DNA of 64,000 nucleotides from Rhodosorus marinus CCMP1338 (lineage: Eukaryota > Plantae > Rhodophyta). Location: contig JAMWBK010000004.1 of the NCBI GenBank assembly GCA_029953675.1, forward strand, positions 992,001-1,056,000, in the 5' to 3' direction. The notes under the pieces were generated by a model. It saw only the letters and a program-made list of their open reading frames with translations, ran no database searches and was not told where the DNA came from. Below, one piece after another: positions 20,930 through 33,300 of the stretch. The translations under genes were made by a program, and so were the position numbers. Positions within the stretch are counted from its first letter, which is position 1, and each line of letters opens with the position of its first letter.

Positions 20930-22064
20930 GGAGTCTCACAGGTTCCAGCCTTTCATTGTTGGAAACCTTTGAGCATCTGGAAAATTCAAGCTTGGAATCG
21001 CTTGGTAAGCGTTTCACCGAACATCCTGAAAAATATCTGGTGCTCCTCCGCTGTTTGAGTATCGCATTCTGGCGGTATTCTAGCAACATGCTCGCCGAGG
21101 CGCCACCGTTGCTTGGGCTTACATGCTCTTCTTCCTAGCCCCTAGTTTCCTTTTAGGGTTTGCGTGGCGCGTCAGGCTATCCTAGTAAAACCACGCTTGT
21201 GGCTACCACTTCCTGGGTTCCTGCGGACTGTTGCGAGGTCTCCGTACGAGGCGTCACACTCGCCTCAAGTACATCCTCAGCGAATTTTTGACTCGGATAG
21301 GGCATACGGTTGAGGTTGAGTCGGAACTGCCCAGATCAATCTCGGACTCTGCACCGCCCCGTTGTATAGCCGATCTCCTCGTCTCTGACGCTGCTGCCAG
21401 ACGCTCAACATATGTGGACCTTGCGATTACCTGCCCCGTGGCCAGCGCCCACCTCACCGCAGCCGCCCGCCGCCGGGGGGCCGCGGCTTCAGCCCTTCGA
21501 AGAGTTAAGGAACGACGGTATGCTGAGAGCATGGCCAGTCTGCCTTGCGCTGAGGGTCGCTCTCACCGGTTCCAGCCATTCATTGTGCAAAGCTTTGGTC
21601 ACGTCGATAAGTCGGGTTTAGAGTGGTTGCGGAAATGTTTTGCTGAGCATCCTACTGAATACTTGGCGCTCTTGAGGCGTTTAAGTGTCTCCCTTTGGCG
21701 ATATTCCAGCGACATGCTTTCCGAGGCGCGCCATCGGCGCCTGGGGTTGCATACTTCCCTCCCTAGTTATTAGTTCATCTTCACGCCTTGCGTAGCGCTT
21801 AAGGCTATGCTAGTAAAGTCCAGTAAAACCACATGTGGATAAGTCGAGTTTAGAGTGGTTGCGGAAATATCTCGCTGAGCATCCTACTGAGTACTTGGTG
21901 CTTTTACGGCGTTTGAGTGTCGCCCTGTGGCGATATTCTAGCAGCATGCTTGCTGAGGCGCGCCTTCGGCGCCTGGGTTTGCACGCTTCCCTCCCTAGTT
22001 CTTAGTTCGTTTTCACGCCTTGCGTAGCGCTTCAGGCTATGCTAGTAAAGCCCAGTAAAACCAC
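20930..22064 (+). mobile_element. Head-to-tail stack of three 5'-truncated family B copies (about 20930-21183, 21195-21821, 21833-22053), each followed by AGTAAAACCAC
   Basis: The 11-mer is at 21184-21194, 21822-21832 and 22054-22064. The middle copy is near-identical to 18909-19535. Confidence 0.88.
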
Positions 22065-22151
22065 CTATGGAAGTTCCCAGATCTGGACTTATCACCAGAC
22101 CCCCGTGAACATGGAAGGCATTCACGTGGAGCTTCAGGGGATCATTCGTTG

Positions 22152-22905
22152 GTGGTTTTACTGGTTTTTACTGATGCGTTACGGCAAGGCGTAAAAGGAA
22201 ACCTGGCGCTAGAATAGCGCCAGAGAGCAACACTTAAACGGAGGAGGAGCACCAGACATTCTTCAGGATGTTCGGTAAAACATTTACGCAGCCGCTCCAA
22301 GCTAGACTTTTGCAGATGCCCAATGCTTTCCACAATGAAAGGCTGGAACCTGTGGGACCGGCCCTCTTCCCGGGGAAAACTGGCAATGCTCTCAGCGTAC
22401 CGTCGATCCTTCACGCGGCGAAGTACAGAAGCTGCTGCCTCCCCTGCAGAGAGCGGCAGAAGGGAGATAGGTACCGGACACGGGGCAAGTGACAGCGAGC
22501 TCCACATATGCTGAGCGTTTGACGGCTGCGTCCGATACCAGGAGATCTGCGATGCAACGAGGAGAGGTGGTTGCGGAGGGTGTACCAGGCAGTGCCGATT
22601 CCACCTCGACCGTGTAGCCAACTCCTGTCAAGTGCTCGCTCAGGATATATTTCAGAGACGAGTGTCTCTTGGTGCGATGACCTCGCAGCAGTCCACACGA
22701 GCCCAGAAAATGGTACCACATCAGTCGATACGGCTAGCACAACCTTGGCAGACGGAAGGGCGATTGGAAGACCAAGCGGCCCGTGGCAAACCCAGGTAGA
22801 TGTGTGGCGCGGTCCGGAACTGGAGGCGTTCAGGCGTTGGCCCGGTGATGAGGGCAGAGTAGTTAGCCATGAGTGGGATAGATGAGCTCCCATGCCCCCT
22901 TAGAC
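22152..22905 (-). mobile_element. Diverged family B 3' fragment, tail-to-tail with the stack
   Basis: HFLGSCGLLRGHRTKRH, CIADLLVSD, FQPFIVESIG; tail ends in AGTAAAACCAC (22152-22162 on the minus strand). Confidence 0.8.
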
Positions 22906-22926
22906 GAGCCCTCGATAGGTGCAGCG

Positions 22927-23157
22927 TGTAAACAAAACAGGGGTTTGTGCCTTTTGCTCGTTATGTCTCGCTCTAATTCTTCTCTTCGAATCTCCCTCAC
23001 TAGTATACCAATGAGTTTCCTCTAAGTCACCTCAGGGCCTACTCGTGCATGTCCGTAGGCACGTCAGGGGCTTGTGCTGGGGTGGAAACTTTACCAGCAA
23101 CTCTGACACAGTCTTCATGGGGTGGGAGTCGCTTCGATTGTACACGTTTGCTAGCAT
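22927..23157. mobile_element. Diverged solo LTR of copia family 1
   Basis: GCAACTCTGACACAGTCTTCATG..GGGAGTCGCTTCGATTGTACACGTTTGCTAGCA matches LTR 27787-28121. Confidence 0.55.
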
Positions 23158-23379
23158 TGATCAGTCGCATTCTAATATTTATAGCAGGGTTGTTCCAAGT
23201 GGGTCGGGTCTTTCGCTGGTTACCACGCAGAAGTGGTCAACCCCCGAAAACAGGGGGGTTTAAGAGGGGGAGTGAGGAGGGTGTGGGGCGGGGAATACAA
23301 GCGCAACGTAAGTGGGCAAATAGACGATTCCAGTGCTAGCAGATTGGTTCCGAAGGCAATAGTATATACAGATCGTACT

Positions 23380-23700
23380 GTGTGTCTTCGACGGGTAAAG
23401 GAAAATGACTTCCAATTTGTACCCTTCGCCGTCGAAGGGTTTGGACGACTCGGGCAAGCGGTCCAAGACTTCATTACCGAAGCTACCGCAAATCTTGAGC
23501 ACAAAGCGGACCGGCAAACGCTCATTCGCGTGGACATTAATCGAGAGCTATGGCGAGGCACGGCTCGCTCGGCCATCCATGCCATGCGCAAAGATAATCA
23601 TGTTCGGACGCTGTTCCCTATAGAAAGTAGTCTTCTACCCCACTCTGGGGTCTCCTTAGCCTAGCCCCTCCTGTTTTCCTTTTACGTCTCTCTAGCGCTA
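23380..23700 (+). mobile_element. Family D RLE C-terminus with a B-like 3'UTR
   Basis: FQFVPFAVEGFGRLGQAVQDFI is a typical CRE-type RLE terminal motif; homologous to 9420-9570. Confidence 0.6.
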
Positions 23701-23739
23701 CATTCGGTAGATGGTATAAACGGAAAAAGGGAAAATGGC

Positions 23740-24135
23740 AAGCGCACTCCTAAACATGTTGACGTTAGCTTACAGGATGCGCAGGAACAGGAACAATGGA
23801 ATAGATTTGACTTCAGGCATGTGGCAACGGAGAGCCAGACAGTGGATGTATTAACAAAGTCTCTGAGCAGTGTGCCGCTCGAGAAACACAGAGGACTTAC
23901 AAGCATTAGAAGTGATTCGTAGTTTGTCAGCTGCAAGAGCAATGAGGATTAAGCCTGAGTAGGATTAGGGTTTTTGTACGTTTGCATCTGCACGAACGTA
24001 AGTCCCAAGATCTCGGAGGCTGTAGGAGCATACACGTTGCTTCAAGAGGTCGGCAAAGTGCGTTTGGTACTACGAGACGGTTGATGATGTGACATTAAAT
24101 GAGACTCATAGACCTCGAATTTCCACCATCTACAA
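23740..24135 (+). mobile_element. Copia family 2 remnant: RNase H end fused to the LTR interior
   Basis: PKHVDV..RHVATESQTVDVLTKSL aligns with 51690-51840 and joins LTR sequence (52107 onward) at a shared ACAGAG microhomology; PPT and LTR start are deleted. Confidence 0.7.
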
Positions 24136-24139
24136 GTGG

Positions 24140-24800
24140 GCAATAGGCGATTCCTGTGCGTAGGTTGAACATTTGGTGGGTGTGCAATGAAATTTTAATG
24201 AGTATCCTCGGCTTTTAGTTGTTTTGGTATTGGAAATTTGTAACTGTTTTCCAGGGTACAGGGGGTTTCTGACTTTCAGAATCGCACTTTTTTATTGAGG
24301 GGAGCGCGGCAGACCAGAACAGCAGTGAGGGAATCTTGGTCGATTGGAAAACGGTCCGGTGTCAGGATGGGGAAGCAGTTTGCGGAGGTGGTCAAACAGA
24401 GAGGACAAGGGATCCACAGGGTGTGAGTAGAAGAATTACTTGACTCGGGCTTGGGAGCATTCCCCAGATTGCAGATGATTAAGTTTCTTGCAGGAAGTGG
24501 GATCATCGTTCTTTTCACAAGAGCAATGGAAGGCTGAGGGAGAGTCATGAAATAAAAGCGGAGGCAGCAAGTCCTAGTTTGTGAACATCAAATCTTTGTG
24601 GACCCTTTTTCCATGGACCAGCTTGTGGACTTCGTTTCTCTGGCTAGAAGGTATTTCTCATCAGTATCCATGGTATTCAATAAGCATAATTCCTCAGCTT
24701 TTGTGTTTCAAGTTGCACGAGCTTTGATGCTTTTCTGGGAAGTATCTGAAATAAAGAGTTCAGCAACATGTTCATTTGTCGGCGGAGGCTTTCCGGTTCT
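24140..24800 (-). mobile_element. Degraded interspersed repeat (family E), homologous to 38865-39420 and 40205-40380; possibly the C-terminal Zn knuckle of a LINE
   Basis: Clear nucleotide similarity among the three loci. A frame-corrected reading gives CSCEKNDDPTS.KKLNH.IWEC (CxC..H..C). Class assignment is weak. Confidence 0.4.
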
Positions 24801-26009
24801 GTGCCGTGAAGCAGCGTTTCCTGTTTTGAACTGGAAATCTGCTGCGTGATCATAGCGATCAACACTTCTCCTAGAGGCAAGAAGGCTTCGATCCGGTCCC
24901 AAAATGTTCACCTTTTATCCGCTCTCGGATTTCCGCATCCCTCACATATTAACATCTGACCGGCGAAGTGCAAGCGAGGAGGAACTTGAGAACGATGGAT
25001 TATGTTTAGATGGCATTTTGCTAGGCATCCTCGACATTTCTTGCTCTGTATTGCCATTGTTGTAGGCTCTCCTGGAAGATCCTGGAGGATAAGCAACTTC
25101 CACCAACGTACAGACGGAGTGAGAGGAATTCAGCATCGAAAAGTTGATTGGGCATGCAGTCATTATCGTCGTGTTGATTGTTGAATCTCGTACCGAATCT
25201 CAACCCAGCGGTGGGTGGCAGGTGTTCGGTGCGTGCGGTTCCTGGCCTACTCTGGTACGGGGCATTGACGGTTGGCCGCCAACGTAGGGCTTGAAGTCTG
25301 GCGTTCAACGCATGCAACTCTTCCTTCCGAGTTTCATACGTGTACAGCTCTTCCACGAGATGGAAGAAGCGACGGATCTCGGCTGTCGGAGTCCGAGTTG
25401 CAGGTAGGCGGGTGTCAGTGCCGAGCATCGGGCGAGGAAAATTTTGGGCATCAAAACAGTCCCCATTTGGCGTAGTAGCTTCTAGGTTTGCGCTGTGATT
25501 AGAGGAAAGGGGCAAGGGTACCTCTGCCAATTCTTGCACCGCCGGCTGACCTCCTTCCGTCATGTTCCCAGTTGCACTTGCCGTAGAACTTGCCGTGGAG
25601 AGGGGTTGTATTCCCAGAGGATGTCCGTTGGCAATATCCACCCCCACGAACTCTTCGTCTCGTACAGCTCCTCACCTACTTGTTGGTCTTTGATCTCCAC
25701 TTTCTTAAAACGCTAAAGACCTCGTCGGGGTCGGGTTGTTTATGCATATGGAGGGAGCTAGAGCAATTCCTGCTAGTTTTTCTCTAGCCTTAGCCGAGTT
25801 CGCCAACTTCGAGGCCAGTCTTTTGGGCCCCCTTTGAACTCGTACATGCGCCTACGAGTAGAGCATGTCAGAACGATAGCCGTTCCCATTGGCAAACATT
25901 ATACCGACTCCCGCCACTATATTGAAATACGAAAGAAACCTATATTCAGTCTGTATGAACAACAGGAGGCATCCGGTTCATTTTTACCATTCATACTCCC
26001 TTAACAACT

Positions 26010-26420
26010 TTAAATACTTATCATTGGTAGTCATTGCTCTAATAAAAGAACAAAATAGCATATGCTTAAAAATACTAACTTATACAATTTAACCGTTTTC
26101 GTTTCATCCAATGCATTGCCGCGAAAGTGCACATTAGCTAATCATTGAATTGCGCCCCAAAAATTCAAACCAATCCTGTTCAAAGGCAAGGCTTTGTTTT
26201 CCACTGCATAGTCGATTCCGGGCAAAATGAACACGAGTTGGTAACCGCGTTTTTGAGGTGGGTGGGTAGTAAACGGGTATTTCCATCTCCTGGAAATTTG
26301 GGGAAATTTTGGTATCCAACGGAGGGTGGGGCAAATCCGAAATATTTCGCATCAGTACTCCTCGGCCGAGGGTGGGCTATTCATTTCCTGCAAAAAACCC
26401 TATTTTATGGCCAATTCATT
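26010..26420 (+). repeat. AT-rich dispersed non-coding repeat, homologous to 42035-42600 and partly to 62330-62410 (inverted)
   Basis: Shared blocks TTATCATTGGTA, AAAATACT..TTATACAATTT, GTCGATTCCG and GGTGG(G)C(A/T)ATTCA(T/C)TTCC. Confidence 0.55.
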
Positions 26421-26722
26421 CATTAATTTATAGCGCATCTGCTAACAGAAAATTGTTGAGAGTTCCTTAATTAAACAAATTTATTCCTATATCACATATC
26501 AAAAATAAAATAAAAACTGTTTCTATTTCAATTATACCATAGATAGAACGTATTTAGTTGATAAAGGAACGGTATCATATTTTTATTTTGAATATATTTA
26601 TTATTATGCTTTCGAAAGGCTTGCGCCAGGATGCGCGGTCCGAAGAGAGTACTAAGGCAACTTCTGGGGGTCTGGAGCCTGGGGAGGGAGCAGGGCTGGA
26701 AAGGGGGAGGGGGTGGGGGAAG

Positions 26723-27664
26723 ATGGGGAAGGGTTGGACTGCTGACGACATTCCCGATCTCGACGGGAAAGTTGCGATTGTGACTGGATCGAACCATGGA
26801 ATTGGGAGAGAGATTGCGAAAAGACTTGCGGAGCACAATGCGACGACTGTGATGGCATGTAGAACGGCTCAGAAGGCTGAAATAGCGAAACAGGAGTTGC
26901 TGGAGGAGATAGGAGAGGAGAAGCATCTTGTGGTGTTGACTTTGGACGTTTCCTCGCTTGAATCTATTAGAAATTTTTCAAGAGAGTTCTCGTCCAAGTA
27001 CAAGCGGTTGGACGTACTGATGGAGAACGCCGGTCAGCTGACGTTTGGTCCGAGACAGGAGAGTGTAGACGGACTCGAGCTGCAGCTTGCGACCAACCAC
27101 GTGGGTCAGTTTGCGCTTGCCACTCACCTAATGTCGATGCTCACGAAGACGGAAGGGAGCCGCCTTGTCACACAAAGTAGCTCTGCCAGCTGGATAGGCA
27201 AGTTTGATTGGGATAACCTGCAGGGAGAGAAGACGTATAGCACCTGGAGCCAATATGCCATGACCAGGCTGGCCAATGTAGCTTTTGCAAAGGAGCTCAA
27301 CAGCAGACTCGAGGCATCTGGCAAGAGTTTCCCGACTGCTTATGCAGTCCATCCGGGATTCGTAATGAAGGAACTTGAACCGGGAGCCAGGCAGGGAATG
27401 TTGCAGAAGATCGGCTCTGCAGTTGTTTATCCGCTAGCCGGAACTTTGGAAACGGCCGCCAGGCCAGCCCTGTACGCATGTACAGCACCAGATATAACTC
27501 CCGGAGCCTTTTACGGACCCCAAGGCCCCATACCGATAATCAGCGCCATGAATGGTCAATATCCTGGAGAAAATTATTCTAATAAGATCGTTTTGGACGC
27601 GGACCAGAGGAGCAAGCTTTGGGAAGTCTCCGAGCAGCTTTGCAAAGCACAGTTGAAGATATAA
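26723..27664 (+). CDS. Short-chain dehydrogenase/reductase, retinol-dehydrogenase/WWOX-like, 313 aa
   Basis: Start MGKGWTADDIPDLDGKVAIV; TGSNHGIG, ENAG, NHVGQF, QSSSAS, YAMTR (YxxxK with Arg), VHPG. Confidence 0.9.
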   Translation: MGKGWTADDIPDLDGKVAIVTGSNHGIGREIAKRLAEHNATTVMACRTAQKAEIAKQELLEEIGEEKHLVVLTLDVSSLESIRNFSREFSSKYKRLDVLMENAGQLTFGPRQESVDGLELQLATNHVGQFALATHLMSMLTKTEGSRLVTQSSSASWIGKFDWDNLQGEKTYSTWSQYAMTRLANVAFAKELNSRLEASGKSFPTAYAVHPGFVMKELEPGARQGMLQKIGSAVVYPLAGTLETAARPALYACTAPDITPGAFYGPQGPIPIISAMNGQYPGENYSNKIVLDADQRSKLWEVSEQLCKAQLKI

Positions 27665-27786
27665 GAAAACGGGCGGTACTGTGAATTAAGAAATATTTTA
27701 AGTACTATGCAACTAGTTTTAGCTAGCGTCTTTTTTTTCTTGCACAGTTGGGTCGGTGGTAGGGTCCTGCGCAAAGAGGTCCTAGC

Positions 27787-28121
27787 TGTTACAGGGGTGC
27801 ACGGTTGACAAAGTAGGTGTTTTGTACCTATTTCTTATGTCTCTTGTTACTTTATCTGAGAGTCTCCCTCAATAGGATGACAAATGACCTTGGCTTATAT
27901 AGGCATCAGACTTGGTTAACGCTAATGCTTCGAAGTCGCTTCATGGTCTACACGTTGTGTGTCTCGATTCAACGGGTTACTTTCCATTCTAGAGCCTGCA
28001 CGCTCATTTGTCAGCCATCAACACGTTTCAGGGCCATGTGCCGGGATAGCAATTGTATCAGCAACTCTGACAAAGTCTCCATGCTGAAGGGAGTCGCTTC
28101 GATTGTACACGTTTGCGAACA
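27787..28121 (-). repeat. Copia family 1 3' LTR (335 bp, TGTT...AACA)
   Basis: Terminal TGTT/AACA, adjacent PPT, about 93% identity by hand count to 31073-31319. Confidence 0.8.
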
Positions 28122-31072
28122 CTCCTCCTCGAAGTGTGCCCTTTGTTTAAGATTCTCAGCTTGGCTCTATGTCTGTTGAACTTCGTCGTTTCTAGCGGCT
28201 TGGTGAGTGTATCCGCGACTTGATCCTGGGTTGGGATGAATAGGAACTCGTAGCTTCCTTGGTCGTGTTGCTGTGGTGCAAATTGGTAATGAAGATCAAT
28301 ATGCTCAGGCAGCGGCTTTTCCGGGAATATACTCCAGGTGAGACAGGCCGTGTTGTCTGAGAAGACGTTGGTAGGTAATGCCGGCACATCAATCTCTGCC
28401 AGTAAATTCTTCACCCACTGTACTTTCTGAAGTCCGTGCGTCAGCGCGATGTATTCTGCTTCGCTTGATGAAGTCGCGATGATTGTCTGCTTTTTGCTAA
28501 TGTATGAGATCGGGTTTCCGCACAGGTACGCGACAGCACCGGTTACGGATTTTCGGTCCTTTGGTGATGCCCATGACGCGTCTACGTAAAGTGTGATCTC
28601 CTCCTGTTCTTGACAAAAGGGAGAAAACTAGTGTTGCGTTGGTTGCGCCTCGCAAGTACCTTAATATTCACTTTCCAGCTGACCAGTCGTCGCCGTTGAA
28701 ACGTTGCGCCTTTGTGGCTAGTAGCCTAACGGCGTACGTGATGTCGGGTCTGCTTCTTGTAGAAATGTACAGTAGGGCCGTGATGAGTTCACGGTAAGGG
28801 TACTCTTCTTGTCTTCCGGACTTATCCGTTGGTATATAGTCCTTTGTCATCGGCGTTGGTACTGGTTTGCTCTCGTTCATTCCGATTCTTCGAGTATTTT
28901 CTGAATGTACTTCTTCTGCCCCAAGGAGATGGTGGATGCGCTTGGGTCTCTCCCGATTTCTATGCCGAGGTATTCTCTCGCGGCGCCGAGGTCTTTCAGA
29001 TCGTACATGGAGGTTTAGCTGCTTCTTAACTTCTGCCAGCCGCTGTCTGCTTCCGATGATTAGGAAGTCGTCGACGTATACGAGTAGGTAGTCGCCTTCC
29101 TTTACGAACACGTACGGGTATGCAGTTGTTGCCTTGAAGCCATGACCTTGTAGATATTTCCTTAGCTTCTCGTACTATATGTTTTCTGATTGCTTTAAAC
29201 CACAGTCAATACCTCGGCATAGAAATCGGGAGAGACCCAAGCGCATCAAACATCTCCTTGGGGCAGAAGAGGTACATCCAGATACTCGAAGAATTCGGAA
29301 TGAACGAGAGCAAACCAGTGCCAACGCCGATGACAAAGGAATATATTCCAACATGTAAATCCGGAAGACAAGAAGAGGACCCTTACCGAGAACTCATCAC
29401 GGCCCTACTGTACTTTTCTCAGATAAAGTAACAAGAGACATAAGAGACAGGCACAAAACACCTACCAGTGCCAACGCCGATGACAGAGGACTACATACCA
29501 ACGGATAAGTGCGGAAGACAAGAAGAGACTTTTTTTGTTTTTTTCAAACGCAAAACTGGCTCAATACGAAGAAGAAAAGTGGTTTGATTTGGTGCAGCAG
29601 GACGGACGCCGTGGGATGCTTCCTTAGATGCCCAAATTTGGAAGGCCCTGACGACTATAACTACTGCAAATTCAGCATTATCGAACGACTCAAGCTGACT
29701 GGACTACATGACACCGTTTTTGGGCAGGGATAACATCGACAAAAGATTCCAAGCAGCGTCGCTCATAAAACTCAACCTTGGAGCCGAAGCGATGTTGATA
29801 GCGGAACAGACAACTGATGCAACAGAACTTATGAACAAACTGGAAAAGAAATACGTCACAAAAACAATAGCGTCACAAATCGAGAGGCAAGTGGAACTGC
29901 TCACAAGGAGAGTGAAACCGGATGAGACGACGCTAGGGCTACTCACTTGGCTCGAAGAATACTACTCTTAAGGTATTCAAACTCGACGCAACTGAGTACA
30001 AGGCCACACCGCGCTTGGGCCACGTATGCCTGATCCTGAAAGATGAAAGCGTTTTCGATGCAACAATCGAAGGCCTGAAGAACATCTCCAAGGAGCAACT
30101 GGACTGGGAAACCATGAGAGCGCGTCTGACCTTATTTGTCGCGGTAATTTTGAGACTCTTCGACCTCTTTCGCTGTTAACTCGTTATTTTCACGTTCTTC
30201 GGTGTTGTTGTCAGGTTTCACGTCCTCATTGTGGGGTCTGTGGTGGGTTTTGTGACCTGGTGTTTCTAGTTCGTCTTCGAGGCTCGATGGCTCCTGATTC
30301 CGACTCATGTAGTCCTTGGCTTCGACGTAGTCGATAGCTTCTTGAATGTCCGGTGTAAGTGCGGCTGGGGTTTTCTTCAGAGGGAAGGTTTCCTCCAGCA
30401 CTACGACGTCTTTCGTCCGAGTTGGATCAGGTGCTTGCTGCTTCGCTCACAGCGGAGTACAATCCCATGCATCGTTGGTACGTCGAGCTTGTCGCGTCGT
30501 ATGGTACCATCTTCCTTTGGTGCGTGCGCGATCGCTAGGCAGCGGAAGGGGTACATATTGTTGAAGTCGTCTTGCTTGCCGGTGAGTATTTCCACAACAG
30601 GCTATGAGCGCAGGGGCTTTTGTTGTTGCTTCGTCTTGGTCTTTCGTGCAGTATCCTTTCGATAATTTGTAGGGTCTCCGTGCAGGAGCTTTTTTCTCTA
30701 TGCCTGACTAGTACAGGAATACCCGCATGAGCATTAGGATGCTCCGATTGGCTCGCTCCGAGATCCCGTTCGTTTCCGCGCTGTATGGGGGCATCGTGTC
30801 CAGCGTGATCTCTAGCTTCTTGAGTTTTTCTTGCATGCCAAAGTATTCGCTTCCTCCGTCGGAATGGACGGTAATTATTCTTTGACCAGATAAGCGCTCG
30901 AAATACACCTTATACTCATCGAATCCCTCAGAGAAGTCGTTTTTTCTTAGTATTGGGTATATTTTTGTAAATCTCCATACTACGCCTGTAAAGGTAACCC
31001 ACTTCTGCTCCTTTCGCTCCTTTCGCTCCTTTCGATTTGGGCAGCTTTTCGCAGACGTCCGTGTGAATCACT

Positions 31073-31319
31073 AGGATAACAAATGATCTTGGCTTATATA
31101 GGCATCAGATTTGGTTAACCCCGATGCTTCGAAGTCACTTCATGGTCTACACGTGTGTGTCTCGCTTCAACTGGTTAGTTTCCATTCTAGAGCCTGCACG
31201 CTCATTCGTCAGCCATCAACACGTTTCAGGGCCATGTGCCGGGATAGCAATTGTATCAGCAACTCTGACAAAGTCTTCATGCTGAAGGGAGTCGCTTCGA
31301 TTGTACTTCTTTGCTAACA
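31073..31319 (-). repeat. Copia family 1 5' LTR, truncated and fused directly to integrase
   Basis: Direct repeat of 27873-28121; PBS, gag and PR are missing at this position. Confidence 0.8.
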
Positions 31320-31811
31320 GCACAGAGGGATTTTCAACTGAAATATGGCGTAACAAATGCTCTCGGGTTGGTTTCGGTTGTCACCAACGTCTTCCGTTTC
31401 GTTGCGAGTGACTTCCCTTATAGAGTAGCACATGGGCGAGCTCTCACTCTCCCCAAGAGCAACAGAAACCGACGTTGCGGTAGCAAAGCGCTGGAGAACA
31501 ACTACGGCTCTCTAAATAGCTTTCTTGATCTCCTTCGAACTAAACATATGTCGAGAGACCGCGACAAGTTCGCGACAAGACTCTACTTTCAATACCACGC
31601 AGGGCGTCTTGAATCAATCAGTTAATTCGCATACTAACCAAACAAACGACCGTCAGGAGGGACGATTGACTGAATCCATTGAAAAACTATTTAATATTAA
31701 AATATGTATGGATATTGATAGAGTTGGATTTTTCTGAAATACGAAAAAAGACGGAATGGATTAGCTTGATTTTGTTTTCTCATCCACTGTCTTCAATTTG
31801 GTTTTACTGAA

Positions 31812-32330
31812 ATGACTGAATGATTTTTTTAATCGGAGACTGAAAGGAAAACCCCGGGAAAGAAAAGACTACAAGCGGCGAAGATCGGGTGCCACCAACC
31901 TCAAAGCAGCGTTCACACGCCACAACAACAAATTTAAACGGGTAAACAACGAGGACAGGCTGTCAGGGAGTTCGCGGAACATTTCCCGAAGCCAACGAGA
32001 ACCAACGGGATGCATAAACCCAAAGCACTCGATGATCAGAGGTACCAGGCGATGAGCTAGAGCCGAAGCACGAATGCCTGGGAAATAAATAGCCGCTGCA
32101 TATTTGACCTGTTTCCGGCGTCCCACCTCATACTTGCGGCGGCAAATCCACGGCGCGCTCTCCCGCAGCCGGCGAATAACGACTAGCCTGAGGATTAGGA
32201 ACTGCAAGATCAACGTACAACGTACGTCGTACGGCAGCTATCGTCACAAGTTACCACGTGGTCAGACATCTTCGTTCGTCATCTTGGAAGTCTGCGACTG
32301 GCAGGCGTTTCTCACGTTCAATTTGAAGAC
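31812..32330 (-). mobile_element. Family A 3' fragment
   Basis: LVPLIIECFGFMHPVGSRWLREMFRE; 3'UTR CTCCGATTAAA with a TTCA-type tail abutting AGTAAAACCA (31799-31808). Confidence 0.8.
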
Positions 32331-32577
32331 ATACGACTTGCGCTCTCAGAAAGAGCTTGGATGCCTAAATAGGCCAAAGGAGCTTGGGAGCTCATTTGGA
32401 TTTCATGCGCTAGGTTACTTCCCTTGTTTTCCTGCATTCCATCTACACTATAGGAACACAGGTAGTCTTTTCCCGAATAGACTGTATTCTCCGCACCATT
32501 TCTCCCGTAATCACGTGCCTCCTTCAGGAAAAGTTTGGTCTTCCCCTGCCCAACATTTAGATCCACGAAATCAATGG

Positions 32578-33300
32578 TCAGCGAGCCGATGACGACGTTG
32601 TAGCCATCGTAATCTCTATTTTATAATCGCCTGCATCTCGAGGAAAGATTAGCAGATAGTTGGAATTCGTTCCCCTCAAACGCTCGCTTCTGCAATCGCC
32701 CGGACACGGAGATTCTGGCTCACTATTTCCTTGATTGTACAAATTGACGAGAACTTGCCCTCTCTCACAAGTTTCCGACCTGTAGACCAGAGGCCGCAAT
32801 ATTACTCTCGCCGACGTCCCCAGAATGTTGATGACAACGGACTTGGTAGGAGCGCATTCAATATCCACCCTTGTCGTCGTCCCGACGTTTCCATTGACTT
32901 GGGACAACTGGTTCATCTCCAAGTGGAACACGTTATAGGCCGGGTGATTCGCCAGCAATTTCAGCTTGTTTCCGTCCTGTGTCGTCTCCCCTTGTGTTGA
33001 CAGCGAAACTGATCCCGTTCGTGTATCCATGCACCCCCCCCCACTGACTCTACAGTCCTGTTTACGCGGTTCATCATCAAGTCTGAGCAGCGACTCATCG
33101 TTGTACAGCCGCTCCGACAGCTCAACTGTTTGTGTCTGGAACCGACCCAAGTCTGCAGCAAGCCACGAATTCTCCGAGTTGACGATGCGTCCTGCATTCC
33201 TTTGCCTCAAATTCAGGTGCATCCCGTATGGAATTACTCTTCCATCTTCTGAAGTCGCATTCTCTGCCGTGGACTTCCCTCATCCTCACCCTGTCACCTG
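32578..33300 (-). pseudogene. Possible choice-of-anchor A / beta-solenoid-like gene remnant
   Basis: YNVFHLEMNQL..SVVINILGTSA..QVLVNLY resembles the VF..V-INV-G..ilwNF pattern; flanked by TE fragments; no clean start. Confidence 0.35.

Larger units (their letters stand above)
27787..31319 (-). mobile_element. Ty1/copia family 1 element, rearranged pseudo-element
   Basis: IN (HTDVC, HSDGGSEY, PYSAETNGISERANR) at 30130-31070; RT (GLKQS, YVDD, SRPDI) and RH (YVDASW, SSSEAEY, SDN, ADTLTK) at 28140-29203; PPT GAGGAGGAG at 28122-28130; inverted gag/RT/LTR pieces at 29208-30130; no TSD found. Confidence 0.88.

Noticed and set aside
27781-31325. TSD for the copia family 1 element
   Set aside because: Flanks CTAGC and GCACA do not match; the element is rearranged or recombinant.
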